64,000 nucleotides of DNA from Eledone cirrhosa (taxonomy: Eukaryota), in NCBI GenBank assembly GCA_964016885.1, contig OZ024742.1:365118001-365182000 (forward strand), written 5' to 3'. Each line of letters begins with the position of its first letter. Position 1 is the first letter of the stretch. This document shows, one piece after another, positions 15,319-28,129 of this stretch. The notes beneath the pieces are model-generated. The model was not told the DNA's origin, made no database searches, and was given only the letters and a program-made list of their open reading frames with translations. Position numbers and translations under genes: made by a program.

Positions 15319-15347
15319 GCCGGATAGAACATATATATATATATATA

Positions 15348-15888
<541 letters not shown>

Positions 15889-15933
15889 GTGTGTGTGTGT
15901 AAGAAAAACCACAGACACTCCATCTCAACTCTA

Positions 15934-15969
15934 CTGTTGAAAAGCAGAAGAACTGCGAAACCGGTAAAG
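15934..15969 (+). ncRNA. Hammerhead-like motif with U3-A8 core
   Basis: TTGAAAA-GCAG-AAGAA-CTGC-GAAA-CCGG-TA|AAG; weak stem I; module 15903-16038 matches 27481-27604 (reverse). Confidence 0.6.
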
Positions 15970-16033
15970 GAACCAAATAAATATATATATTTAAAAAAAA
16001 ATAAGACTCCAGTTTCCTTTTCGATTTCAGTTG

Positions 16034-16160
<127 letters not shown>

Positions 16161-16635
16161 ATACAATAACAGAGAAAGCTTTAAGCTAAACTCTGACTGG
16201 TAACCATCTCACTGAACAAACATTAGGGTAAACGTTAGTATAATCCCAATTTTGTGTTTGGGGTGCTAACTATATGAATTTTGTGGAAAGCCAGTTGTAT
16301 TATTTTATATGAGATATAATTAAAATTAAAATATATCTTATATATATATATATATATATAAGAGAAAATTTCGCCCTACATGTTTGAATACAATAAATGC
16401 GAAATTTTCTTTTTTATTTGAATTTTTTGCAAAGCCTGCCATTTATCGCTCGTATACAGGAAAATGACTAACCAGTCTGCTGATATGTAAATCTGGCTGA
16501 TTAATGGATCTGCTAATATACAGATCTGACTGATCAGCCAGTCTCCTAATATGCAAATTAGGCCGACCAGTCACTGTGTATTTTTGACAATAGCATATAT
16601 TTTCACTAGCTCTGACAGTTTGGCAGGTGAACAGT

Positions 16636-16685
16636 GAGCTGTACTGATGAAGGGTGATACCCAGAAACATTAGTGTCTGCAGTTC
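16636..16685 (+). ncRNA. Type I hammerhead ribozyme
   Basis: GAGCTGTA-CTGATGA-A-GGGT-GAT-ACCC-A-GAAA-CATTAGTG-TC|TGCAGTTC; 8-bp stem I with two GU pairs. Confidence 0.9.
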
Positions 16686-16814
16686 TGTTTACATGCCAAC
16701 ACAAGAGCAAGAATGAAGGGTTCATTCTACTAACATGACTATAAAATTAAGGCGTGTTTGCATAATTGCAAACGAATCGAATGTTATTATTTATATTCGA
16801 AAAACTCATATTGC

Positions 16815-16868
<54 letters not shown>

Positions 16869-16949
16869 AATTGTTTATAATTGTATACACAGATTTGTAT
16901 ACAACCACACAGACGCACACATCATAATATATATATATATATATATATA

Positions 16950-17138
16950 GGAGTAAGTAAGACCCCGACGGCTGAGCTCAAGCCGTTTCGACGGCTAATT
17001 CTGTACAGAATTAGCCGTCGAAACGGCTTGAGCTCAGCCGTCGGGGTCTTACTTACTCCTATTACCCACTCTACTACCCTAAGTATTGAGTACTTTGGTG
17101 CGTTATGGTCCACCTGGTTCCTTACCACTTTTCCTTCG

Positions 17139-17140
<2 letters not shown>
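16950..17140 (+). mobile_element. Short palindromic element, family P
   Basis: Perfect 110-nt palindrome 16950-17059 (centre TTCTGTACAGAA) + tail; in (TA)n. Confidence 0.9.
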
Positions 17141-17185
<45 letters not shown>

Positions 17186-17434
17186 TCAATTATCAACATT
17201 CACTGTTATGTTTAATGTATAACCCTATTCACTATTTACTAAGTCATACAAGAATATTTGTAAAGAATTAATCATCGTATTTTATAAACTAAATTATCAA
17301 GTAAAATATTGTCTAGATTATTTATCACAACTTACAGAGTCAAAATGTCTCAATATATCGTCTGCTTCTTTCTCTCACATTACTTTCAATATTTCTTGTT
17401 TCTTTCTTTGTTGCATACACACACACACACACAC

Positions 17435-17533
<99 letters not shown>

Positions 17534-17564
17534 GTTCCAATGAAACATATATATAAGTATATAC

Positions 17565-17643
<79 letters not shown>

Positions 17644-17652
17644 GTTCCAATG

Positions 17653-17694
<42 letters not shown>

Positions 17695-17893
17695 CCAATG
17701 AAACACTGGTAAGATGATGTGTTGCAGGTGTTGTATATAAATGATACACAGCTGATTACTATGATTAGCAAATCAATCTAATTGTAATAGGTAACAAAGA
17801 CATTTCTATATTGAAGCTGGGGAGTGAATTTATGAAGCAGGGGGGGGGGAGAAAGGGCGATAACGAATGTCTACTAACAATACAATATATGTG

Positions 17894-17938
<45 letters not shown>

Positions 17939-17949
17939 CCCCCACACAG

Positions 17950-18020
<71 letters not shown>

Positions 18021-18084
18021 CTCACACAGATAGATATAGATATATATCCGCCCGTCCCTTCAATCTATTTTATTTCTCATTCTT

Positions 18085-18120
18085 TCTTCTGATGAACGAC
18101 TAGCATCCGAAACGTTAAGA
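18085..18120 (+). ncRNA. Very small type I hammerhead motif
   Basis: TCTT-CTGATGA-ACGACTAGCATCC-GAAA-CG-TT|AAGA; AACGTT palindrome; imperfect stem II. Confidence 0.65.
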
Positions 18121-19336
18121 CCCTCCTCCTGCTATATCAAGCCGTAATCTAATATATACCTTCCATATACTCTACCGATTGTGTTGTTATTTCTCTTTAC
18201 CATTTACATATATATATATATATAAAGGCATTATTTTGCTTTATTGCTTTATAATTCTGACTTTGCCACATTTTCACTTCTTTCTTTCCTACGTTCATTA
18301 TATTTATCTTTCCAGATTAATCACCACCATATATTCTGTATCTTAGAAGCTGTATCTCTTTTATTTTACTCTTTACAACCACCTCTGCAAACCAGTATCG
18401 CCTTTATCTTACCCCTTCATTGATACATTTCTAATGACAGATCCTATCAATGCTTTTGAAATCGTTTAGAAACTTTGTAAATATTTGAAAAATGAATAAT
18501 CTCTTAGTTTATGCTGATGTCTGGAGCTGATTTTTACATAGAATCTTGATGAAAGCTTTTCGGTAAATATAAACACTTAAAAGCAAACAGATTTCTACTA
18601 TAGAACCAGAGGTTTTTTTCGGCGGTCTATTTAGTAACAAATGTTTTGATATTCCCTGATGGAGATATCATGTTTAGACACATTCTTTCTAATATCGAAA
18701 ACAATTTCTGAAATTGTGTGCTGGCTTGCCTCAAAAATCATTAAAGAGGTTGCCCAGTACTCCTCGCGACGCTGCTGTCTTTTGTTCTGGTGTTGGCTCG
18801 GTTGTTCACCCCTTCCTTTACATTTTCTTTAATATTGCAACATTAAAATAATATATCCTTCTGAAAGAATCGCGAGCAATTTATAATATTATCTAAGCCT
18901 TTGTAATGTTATTTATGTATATATTTAAAACATATTTGTTATATTTCTTAAAACTGACTCATCGAACTTTTACACGGCAATTGTATAAAATTCTCACATA
19001 ATATCCCGTCAAATTACTTTGACTAGCCATGGCAGTAGCATAAAACTTTAACATAATATACCGTCTACAATGCCCATGTTCGGAATAACTAAATGCTATA
19101 CAAACTGTTAGTGGTGACGTTTATTGAATTCAGTATTTGTCTCTCTAAACCTTGAAAATTAGGAGTGCCTGCATTTATATCAATCTGTATCACTATGTAT
19201 TTTTCTCTAAATATAGCTTTTTCAAAGAATCCCTATTCTTTAAACCTATCAGCCAATGACCTCCACCCATCCCAACCACCACCTTCCCCTACCACTAGAA
19301 ATGTATAAATACCACAATATCTTATTGGAAGTCGGC

Positions 19337-19383
19337 TTTCCTGACGACTTCCTTCGAATGAAACAGTTCTAGTCCTGTAGAAA
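19337..19383 (+). ncRNA. Type I hammerhead ribozyme (7057 family)
   Basis: TTTC-CTGACGA-CTTCCTTCGAAT-GAAA-CAG..CTG-TA|GAAA; TATAAA at 19304. Confidence 0.75.
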
Positions 19384-19385
19384 CC

Positions 19386-19525
<140 letters not shown>

Positions 19526-19536
19526 AATATATATAT

Positions 19537-19742
19537 ATAGTTATAGGAATCACCAAAGAGTGCTTAGAAATACATTAGTTTATTAACTAATATAACAATG
19601 TATTTCTAAGCACTCTTTGGTTATTCCTATAACTATAACGGCTCTGTAGTATACTAGTTATCCTACATTAAGCTAAAGCCACACTGTCATACCAAGGGCA
19701 ATATATCTGCATGTCTGGGCATATTGATATATTTGTCAACGA

Positions 19743-19745
<3 letters not shown>
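19537..19745 (+). mobile_element. Short fold-back module (arms 19537-19576 / 19597-19636) with tail
   Basis: Inverted arms; (TA)n on both sides. Confidence 0.6.
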
Positions 19746-19787
<42 letters not shown>

Positions 19788-19789
<2 letters not shown>

Positions 19790-20280
19790 AGTATTGAAGT
19801 TTGCTTGAAGCATTGTGGAATAATAATAAAAAATGTTGGGTCGTTTTGGAAGCCTCAACAATGAGGATGGGTAAATCTCCGGTTAACAGAATCCGGTGGT
19901 GAAGAGAGAAATGTAGAATGAGATGTATAGTGTGTAGAGGAACGTATGATAGAGCGTAAAAATAAAAATAACACGAGATAGAGTTACCTTGGGAGAGATT
20001 TAATTGTCCCTATATTTAGAATTTCGAATCGATCAACTGGAGGGGGTTTTCCGAGGGGGAAGTTTATCTGTCGGAGAGGAACGGTACGTGGCCTCTGTTG
20101 TCCACCGTTTGTGTGTAACTGAGATACTCTGTAGAGCGCGCGTGCGCGCGGAATAGGTGTGGTCAAGCAAAGGTCGAGGCAGTCATTCTTCATTTCCTCT
20201 TGCATCTCTCTCTTCACCACCGGATTCTGTTACCCGGAGATTTACCCATCTGCATTGTTGAGGCTTCCAAAACGACCAAA
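19788..20280. mobile_element. Fold-back module (arms ~19838-19910 / 20206-20279)
   Basis: GGTCGTTTTGGAAGCCTCAACAATG... / ...CATTGTTGAGGCTTCCAAAACGACC. Confidence 0.65.
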
Positions 20281-20284
20281 TATA

Positions 20285-21150
20285 TATTAGCTAAGTATAT
20301 GTTATGTTTATACCATTACTTATTTGTATAGGTAAGTATATATTACCTGTATGTTTTGTGAAGGTACGTATAATTTCTTGTACGTATATTTGCTTGTATA
20401 TGTTATGGCGTATATATTATATATACTGGTACATGTGCATATGGTTATGCGTATACGTGAGTTTTGCGTCTGTGTGAGTATGCGGGTTCGTACGTATGTA
20501 GGGTGTGTGTATATGTGTACTTTGTGTTTTGGTTAACGTACGTCTGCGTACATATGTGTATTTACAGGTGGTATGTGTGTGAGCGCGTTTATACGTATTT
20601 ATGTGTGTATATTTCTAAACGTTTATATAATTATGTATACACGCACACTCACACACACATATATATATATATATTTTATAGATATCTTTATGTGTATTTT
20701 GTGTATACGTTCGTATGCGTGCGGGTACAGGCGTTGCGTGGGGTCTGTATGTGCGAACTGTATGTGCGAACCACCTAATAGAATATTAGTCAACGACTAC
20801 ATTTATACCATAAACGAGGTTTTGTCTTTGCGTGTAATTGTTTTCATCGATCCAAATTGTGACGTATTATCTTTGTCTTTATCCATTCATTGCCAGGGAC
20901 CAAAGTATCGTCTTCCACGAACCAAAGTATCGTCTTCCTGTCTTCCTTCGGTTGCAACGTTTTTCGAAATATTTACTTCTGCGTTCACAGATTGGTTTTT
21001 TAGTTTCAGAAGATCCCGTTAAGGGTGAAAACAGCGATTCTTTGCTTAAACTTTAATCTGTTATTTTAATAAATATTTGCTCTACGGTTCTTATATATGT
21101 GATATATATTTATCCTTATCGAGCCCTCGTTGGATTTTAGTCTTCAAATT
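20285..21150 (+). mobile_element. Solo 3' UTR/pLTR of the Naiad-like PLE at 32284
   Basis: Colinear with 34465-35430; CAGAAGA hammerhead at 21002-21052. Confidence 0.85.
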
Positions 21151-21159
21151 TATTATTAT

Positions 21160-21198
<39 letters not shown>

Positions 21199-21684
21199 AT
21201 TGTTTATACTTTTGACACAAGGCCAGCAATTACACCAGTGAAAAATGTATATATATATATATATATATATATTGTTATACTTTGGGAGGGTCATGTTGCC
21301 AATAAGAAACTCACGCACCAGTTGCTTTCACTTCAATTTATTATATATTTATAAATTTATAAATTTACAAATCTACAAACTTATAAGTTTCTGGTTGGTT
21401 GGTTGGTTCCACAACCAGATAGTTGTTTATATATAGTCATAGTCCTTCCGTCACACACTCTGTGACCTCATCAGTGACTGGGGATTTCTTTCTTTGTTTT
21501 CTGTGCCTTTCCTTTCTTCTGTCCTACGCCATTTTGTTTCTGTGTGTGTGTTGTGTGCTCAGCTTGCGCATGCGCCACATCCGGGTGTCTGTGTGTGTTT
21601 GTGTTCATTTATCTATTTGTTTATTTATTTACATGTTGTTGGTTGGTTGTTTGTTCTATGTGTGTGTGTGTTTTCATTTTGTCC

Positions 21685-23664
21685 TTAATTGTAAGTTGTG
21701 ATGTTGCTGTTCCACTCATATTTTCTATTTAATTTTGGTTGTAATTCTTTTATGCTTACTGCCTCTGTAATTTGCCTAAACATTGCATCTTTTCTGTGTG
21801 TGGATTCTATTTTTATTTCTATGTTCTCTAATTTACCCTTGTGTTCTATCTTAGCATGTTGGTAGAGTACAGATGATTCTTTATTATCTTGAAGGTCTCG
21901 CCAGTGTTCATTTATCCGTTCCCCTATACTACGAGCTGTCTCACCTATGTACACTATATTTTTATTTCTACATTGTCCTTCAGTACATCTTATGCTATAC
22001 ACTACATTTCTAGTTTTACAGTTAATATGGGGGCTTATTTTACAGGTTATACATTTCTTATCTATGCAGGGGGGTCTTTGGAACGGGTATGTCTTGCTAA
22101 TATGTGTTTTTACGGAGGTACCTGGTCTTTCTACTATCTTAATATTGAGTTTATGTTTATTTAGGGCCCTTCTAAATTTGTAGGCTAGTTCGCCTCTAGG
22201 GGTTGTATTGATGAACATTACACTCTGGTATTTATTGCTATCATACCATGAGTTTATTCTATTGGCCTTGTTCCTAGTTCTTTCTATTCTATTCCAAAAT
22301 TTGCTCCTATACAAGGGGCAGGTCCCATTTATGTCATTATTTACCATTTTTTCCCATTTGGTTCTGGCTCCTCTATACACTCTGATTCTATCTCTCTGAT
22401 TGTAGCCAGAGAACTGCATACGGTGGATGAAGTGTTGTATGTGTCTCTCTAGTTCTTCGGGGTTGTACATGCGGGACACATTTCTCATCACCCGTACCAA
22501 ATCCGCAATCAGTATGTTGATTTTGGTATGGTCCGAAATGGCCGAGTTTCGGTGGATCAGATGTTTGGAAGTCATGGGTTTGGCATAATGGGAATGGAGG
22601 ATTTGTTTTTGGTTGTTAATGGTATCTAACCAGAGCTCTGTGTCTAGTACAGGTAATCGATGGTTGGGGTGTCTACTTGGGTAGTCTATAGTAATTCTAA
22701 TGCTCTGGTGGATGTAGTTTGCTATTTGCTGGATGCTTTCCATTGTGTTTTTCTCTAGTTCCTGACTGTTCTCTAGTGGGGGTGTCTTAACTACGATGTT
22801 TATATCATCTACGTAGCGGGAGTACATTATCAGGGTTAAGCTGTCTTCTAATTGTTCTTTAAGTTTAAGTTTAAGTTTAAGTCTACTGTCCCACCATACC
22901 ATGAATAAGTTAGCTATGTCGCCTGCAGTGCTAACACCAATGGCTGCTCCTTCCTCTTGGGCATATGTTTTTCCATTAAATTTGAACATATGTTCCTTAA
23001 GGGTTAATTTTATGCTGGCCCCTACCGCATGTGCGATCATTTTCTTCAGTTCATCGTGGTTTTCGGGTGTTCGTATGGCTCTGGTCCACCCGTTCCATCT
23101 ATCTGTGTGGGTTTTCTTGGCCATTGAGGTAATGGTAGGTGGTCTGCCTCTTGCTGGTCTTGTAGGGCACAGGTTGCTAAGGTCATAAGTGTCTAGGTAA
23201 ATATTACTATGGGTAAGCTTAAGTAGAAGTCCCAGCTCACTGGTATCAATCCCACGGAACTCAACATTGCTCTCGCTGATCATTTCTACGCATTTCTCCA
23301 CAGCAAAATCCACGTCAATAGATGTATACATGGACACAACATCCATACTACCTATTATGCAGTTTGTTAGGTCCCCAGATCGATTACTCACGCCGATTCT
23401 GCTGAGGAGGTCCTCCGTGCTGTCACATACATCTGGGGACATCTCATTGATGGGGCGTATGATCAGGGAGGGGAAGTAGGACAGTCTGTAGTTACTAGCA
23501 ATGTTAGCTCCACAGACTGGCCGTGTTGGTGGTCCCGCGACAGGGTCACAGCCCGTTTTATGGTCTTTTCGAAGCCCATACAACGCCGGCACGTCATTGT
23601 TCCAGGCCTGGAAGTTGTTAGCAGTCCTTTTGTTGGGCTGCATTATATTCGTCCACATCACCAT
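21685..23664 (-). CDS. Penelope-like RT + GIY-YIG endonuclease, open 659 aa, 5'-truncated
   Basis: LYGLRKDHK, RPVCG, SMDVVSMY, GAAIG, YSRYVDD, LPVLD, NVVYSIRC..YIGETARS..ERINEH. Confidence 0.9.
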   Translation of the reverse strand: MVMWTNIMQPNKRTANNFQAWNNDVPALYGLRKDHKTGCDPVAGPPTRPVCGANIASNYRLSYFPSLIIRPINEMSPDVCDSTEDLLSRIGVSNRSGDLTNCIIGSMDVVSMYTSIDVDFAVEKCVEMISESNVEFRGIDTSELGLLLKLTHSNIYLDTYDLSNLCPTRPARGRPPTITSMAKKTHTDRWNGWTRAIRTPENHDELKKMIAHAVGASIKLTLKEHMFKFNGKTYAQEEGAAIGVSTAGDIANLFMVWWDSRLKLKLKLKEQLEDSLTLIMYSRYVDDINIVVKTPPLENSQELEKNTMESIQQIANYIHQSIRITIDYPSRHPNHRLPVLDTELWLDTINNQKQILHSHYAKPMTSKHLIHRNSAISDHTKINILIADLVRVMRNVSRMYNPEELERHIQHFIHRMQFSGYNQRDRIRVYRGARTKWEKMVNNDINGTCPLYRSKFWNRIERTRNKANRINSWYDSNKYQSVMFINTTPRGELAYKFRRALNKHKLNIKIVERPGTSVKTHISKTYPFQRPPCIDKKCITCKISPHINCKTRNVVYSIRCTEGQCRNKNIVYIGETARSIGERINEHWRDLQDNKESSVLYQHAKIEHKGKLENIEIKIESTHRKDAMFRQITEAVSIKELQPKLNRKYEWNSNITTYN

Positions 23665-23690
23665 ATGGGCATTGAGGGCTTTTTCTCAAT

Positions 23691-25576
23691 AGACCATAAA
23701 ACGGGCTGTGACCCTGTCGCGGGACCACCAACACGGCCAGTCTGTGGAGCTAACATTGCTAGTAACTACAGACTGTCCTACTTCCTCTCCCTGATCATAC
23801 GCCCCATCATTGAGATGTCCCCAGATGTATGTGGCAGCACGGAGGACCTCCTCAGCAGATTCGGCGTGAGTAACCGATCTGGGGACCTAACAAACTGCAT
23901 AATAGGCAGTATGGATGTTGTGTCCCTGTATCCATCTATTGACGTGGATTTTGCTGTGGAGAAATGCGTAGAAATGATCAGCGAGAGCAATGTTGAGTTC
24001 CGTGGGATTGATACCAGTGAGCTGGGACTTCTACTTAAGCTTACCCATAGTAATAGTTACCTAGACACTTATGACCTTAGCAACCTGTGCCCTACAAGAC
24101 CAGCAAGAGGCAGACCACCTACCATTACCTCAATGGCCAAGAAAACCCACACTTATAGATGGAACGGGTGGACCAGAGCCATACGGACACCCGAAAACCA
24201 CGATGAACTGAAGAAAATGATTGCACATGCGGTAGGGGCCAGCATAAAATTAACCCTTAAGGAACATATGTTCAAATTTAATGGAAAAACATATGCCCAA
24301 GAGGAAGGAGCAGCTATTGGTGTTAGCATTGCAGGCGACATAGCTAACTTATTCATGGTATGGTGGGACAGTAGACTTAAACTTAAACTTAAACTTAAAG
24401 AACAATTAGAAGACAGCTTAACCCTGATAATGTACTCCCGCTACGTAGATGATATAAACATCGTAGTTAAGACACCCCCACTAGAGAACAGTCAAGAACT
24501 AGAGAAAAACACGATGGAAAGAAGCATCCAGCAAATAGCAAACTACATCCACTAGAGCATTAGAGTTACTATAGACTACCCAAGTCGACACCCCAACCAT
24601 CGATTACCTGTACTAGACACAGAGCTCTGGTTAGATACCATTAACAACCAAAAACAAATCCTCCATTCCCATTATGCCAAACCCATGACTTCCAAACATC
24701 TGATCCACCGAAACTCGGCCATTTCGGACCATACCAAAATCAACATACTGATTGCGGATTTGGTACGGGTGATGAGAAATGTGTCCCGCATGTACAACCC
24801 CGAAGAACTAGAGAGACACATACAACACTTCATCCACCGTATGCAGTTCTCTGGCTACAATCAGAGAGATAGAATCAGAGTGTATAGAGGAGCCAGAACC
24901 AAATGGGAAAAAATGGTAAATAATGACATAAATGTGACCTGCCCCTTGTATAGGAGCAAATTTTGGAATAGAATAGAAAGAACTAGGAACAAGGCCAATA
25001 GAATAAACTCATGGTATGATAGCAATAAATACCAGAGTGTAATGTTCATCAATACAACCCCTAGAGGCGAACTAGCCTACAAATTTAGAAGGGCCCTAAA
25101 TAAACATAAACTCAATATTAAGATAGTAGAAATACCAGGTACCTCCGTTAAAAACACTTATTAGCAAGACATACCCGTTCCAAAGACCCTCATACATAGA
25201 TAAGAAATGTATAACCGGTAAAATAAGCCCCCATATTAACTGTAAAACTAGAAATGTAGTGTATAGCATAAGATGTACTGAAGGACAATGTAGAAACAAA
25301 AATATAGTGTACATAGGTGAGACAGCTCGTAGTATAGGGGAACGGATAAATGAACACTGGCGAGACCTTCAAGATAATAAAGAATCATCTGTACTCTACC
25401 AACATGCTAAGATAGAACACAAGGGTAAATTAGAGAACATAGAAATAAAAATAGAATCCACACACAGAAAAGATGCAATGTTTAGGCAAATTACAGAGGC
25501 AGTAAGCATAAAAGAATTACAACCAAAATTAAATAGAAAATATGAGTGGAACAGCAACATCACAACTTACAATTAA
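23691..25576 (+). pseudogene. Inverted duplicate of the PLE ORF with frameshifts and a stop
   Basis: ORF pieces 23560-24555, 24685-25164 and 25259-25576 match the minus-strand protein. Confidence 0.9.
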
Positions 25577-25780
25577 GGACAAAATGAAAACACACACACA
25601 CATAGAACAAACAACCAACCAACAACATGTAAATAAATAAACAAATAGATAAATGAACACAAACACACACAGACACCCGGATGTGGCGCATGCGCAAACT
25701 GAGCACACAACACACACACAGAAACAAAATGGCGTAGGACAGAAGAAAGGAAAGGCACAGAAACAAAGAAAGGAATCCCC

Positions 25781-25825
25781 AGTCACTGATGAGGTCACAG
25801 AGTGTGTGACGAAAGGACTATGACT
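25781..25825 (+). ncRNA. Type I hammerhead ribozyme (mirror copy 21435-21479 has GGAA in place of GAAA)
   Basis: AGTCA-CTGATGA-G-GTCAC-AGAGTGT-GTGAC-GAAA-GGAC-TA|TGACT. Confidence 0.8.
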
Positions 25826-26044
25826 ATATATAAACAACTATCTGGTTGTGGAACCAACCAACCAACCAGAAACTTATAAGTTTGTAGATTTGTAAGTTTA
25901 TAAATTTATAAATATATAATAAATTGAAGTGAAAGCAACTGGTGCGTGTGTTTCTTATTGGCAACATGACCCTCCCAAATATAACAATATCGGTTTCAAC
26001 ACACGATTTCAGATAAAGAATCTTGCTAAACAAATTCAGAAACG

Positions 26045-26092
<48 letters not shown>

Positions 26093-26290
26093 CCAAAGAT
26101 TAATAAGGTTCGTTGATTATTCAACGAATACAATTTTACAATAGATTAGAAGTACCCAACAAGAGATTTTCCTGGAGTATTTAATATTATTCAAAATATT
26201 AATAGATGAAAAATATTCTCATAATCAAAATATATAATTTATTATACACATTTCTTGGGAACAATGGTGTTTAAGTACGTTTTCATCAGT

Positions 26291-26358
<68 letters not shown>

Positions 26359-26427
26359 TATGAAGAGAGAAGGAACATTTAGATATAACTAGTAATAAAA
26401 TGTATCATACCTAAACTGTTCCTAGAT

Positions 26428-26517
26428 TCCTCGACTACGTAGTTTCGTGGCATAAACAAAAACAGTACATCATAAAGATATAGAGCCTTTGCGAGGTCTG
26501 CCGACTTATCAAGAGGA
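26428..26517 (-). ncRNA. Hammerhead ribozyme, U3-A8 core
   Basis: Reverse complement of 27137-27226. Confidence 0.8.
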
Positions 26518-27136
26518 TACCTCATTTTATAGCTTCAAGAACGCGTCTACACGACGTGAGAAAGACCTCGCAAAGGCTCTATATCTTTATGATGTACTGT
26601 TTTTGTGTATGCCACGAAACTACGTAGTCGAGGAATCTAGGAGCAGTTTAGGTATGATACATTTTATTACTAGTTATATCTAAATGTTCCTTCTCTCTTC
26701 ATAATGTATTTTTAACTCTGATACTGGTTCAGTCTGGTTCAACCGGATTGGTCTGTCCCAGTCATTCATTGAGCAACATCGGTAAGGTTGGCACCATTAA
26801 CTCACGGTTGGATGTGGATGCATTCATGTATATGTGTGTGTCCGCATGTATCTGTGTGTTTCTAAATATATTGTTCATAACTCCCTCTGGTCGAGTAATC
26901 TTTGAAGTGTAGTGACTGCTGGAAAGCTGCCATTACTCATACTTCTCGCCCCCTTTACCACCTCTTCTACGGCTTCGATATGAATACCCCCTCCGCCTCC
27001 GTGGTATTTTTTTCGGGGTTATAAGAGGCTTAGCTCTGTTTCTCGACCGTTATATCGCGTGACTATCTCCCCCTCCGCCTTTTGGGATTCTTTCTCACGT
27101 CGTGTAGACGCGTTCTTGAAGCTATAAAATGAGGTA

Positions 27137-27226
27137 TCCTCTTGATAAGTCGGCAGACCTCGCAAAGGCTCTATATCTTTATGATGTACTGTTTTTGTTT
27201 ATGCCACGAAACTACGTAGTCGAGGA
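27137..27226 (+). ncRNA. Hammerhead ribozyme, U3-A8 core
   Basis: TCCTC-TTGATAA-GTCGGCA...TGCCAC-GAAA-CTACGTAG-TC|GAGGA; 10-nt palindromic stem III; TATAAAA at 27123. Confidence 0.8.
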
Positions 27227-27540
27227 ATCTAGGAGCAGTTTAGGTATAATACATTTTATTACTAGTTATATCTAAATGTTCCTTCTCTCTTCATAATGTA
27301 TTTTTAACTCTGATACTGGTTCAGTCTGGTTCAACCGGATTGGTCTGTCCCAGTCATTCATTGAGCAACATCGGTAAGGTTGGCACCATTAACTCACGGT
27401 TGGATGTGGATGCATTCATGTATATGTGTGTGTCCGCATGTTTCTGTGTGTTTCTAAATATATTATATATATATATATATAAGAAAAAAGATGAAATCGA
27501 AAATGCAGCTGGAGTCTTTTTAAGAATATTTATTTGTTTC

Positions 27541-27576
27541 CTATACCGGTTTCACAGTTCTTATGCTTTTCAAAAG
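27541..27576 (-). ncRNA. Hammerhead-like motif, U3-A8 core (15934 family)
   Basis: Minus strand: CTT-TTGAAAA-GCATAAGAACTGT-GAAA-CCGG-TA|TAG. Confidence 0.55.
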
Positions 27577-27599
27577 TAGAATTGAGATGGAGAGTTTGT

Positions 27600-27654
<55 letters not shown>

Positions 27655-27657
<3 letters not shown>

Positions 27658-28022
27658 AAAGTTCTATTTAAATTGTTCTGGATACAACAAGTAAATATTT
27701 TTATAACTGATATAAAGCACTCGAGATAAGTATTTGGAGTAAATATACGATATTAACAAATGGAAACTATATTTATAAAACCATATTTATTTCATTATAC
27801 ATATTTCAAGGATACCCTTTCAAAATGCGACCGTTACTTTTGGAAGACATCTTCCAAAAGTAACGGTCGCATTTTGAAAGGGTACGTCAATGTTTATTTA
27901 TAAAACTGGTATATATTGTATTTTGTCTGATGAAGGCATACCATAATTTAACTTGGTATCCTTGAAATATGTATAATGAAATAAATATGGTTTTATAAAT
28001 ATAGTTTCCATTTGTTAATATC

Positions 28023-28024
<2 letters not shown>
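27655..28024. mobile_element. Fold-back module (arms 27745-27816 / 27955-28026) with an inner 70-nt palindrome (27813-27884)
   Basis: TACCCTTTTCAAAATGCGACCGTTACTTTTGGAAGA-CA-TCTTCCAAAAGTAACGGTCGCATTTTGAAAGGGTA nested inside the outer arms. Confidence 0.8.
27919..27983 (+). ncRNA. Type I hammerhead ribozyme
   Basis: TATTTTGT-CTGATGA-AGGCATACC..GGTATCCTT-GAAA-TATGTA-TA|ATGAAATA. Confidence 0.8.
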
Positions 28025-28069
<45 letters not shown>

Positions 28070-28098
28070 AATGCAAACGCACACGCGCATCTGTGCGA

Positions 28099-28129
<31 letters not shown>

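Larger units (their letters stand above)
21271..26046. mobile_element. 4.7-kb PLE palindrome: arms 21271-23566 and 23691-25987, 124-nt spacer, short unique tail
   Basis: Two near-identical RT-GIY-YIG copies, 5' ends inward; HHR near each outer end; (TA)n flanks. Confidence 0.95.
26355..27462 (+). mobile_element. Non-coding pLTR array: inverted copy 26355-26563 + tandem units (592-bp period)
   Basis: 26563-26870 is repeated at 27155-27462; 26355-26563 is the reverse complement of ~27090-27300; fragment also at 35810-35956. Confidence 0.9.
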
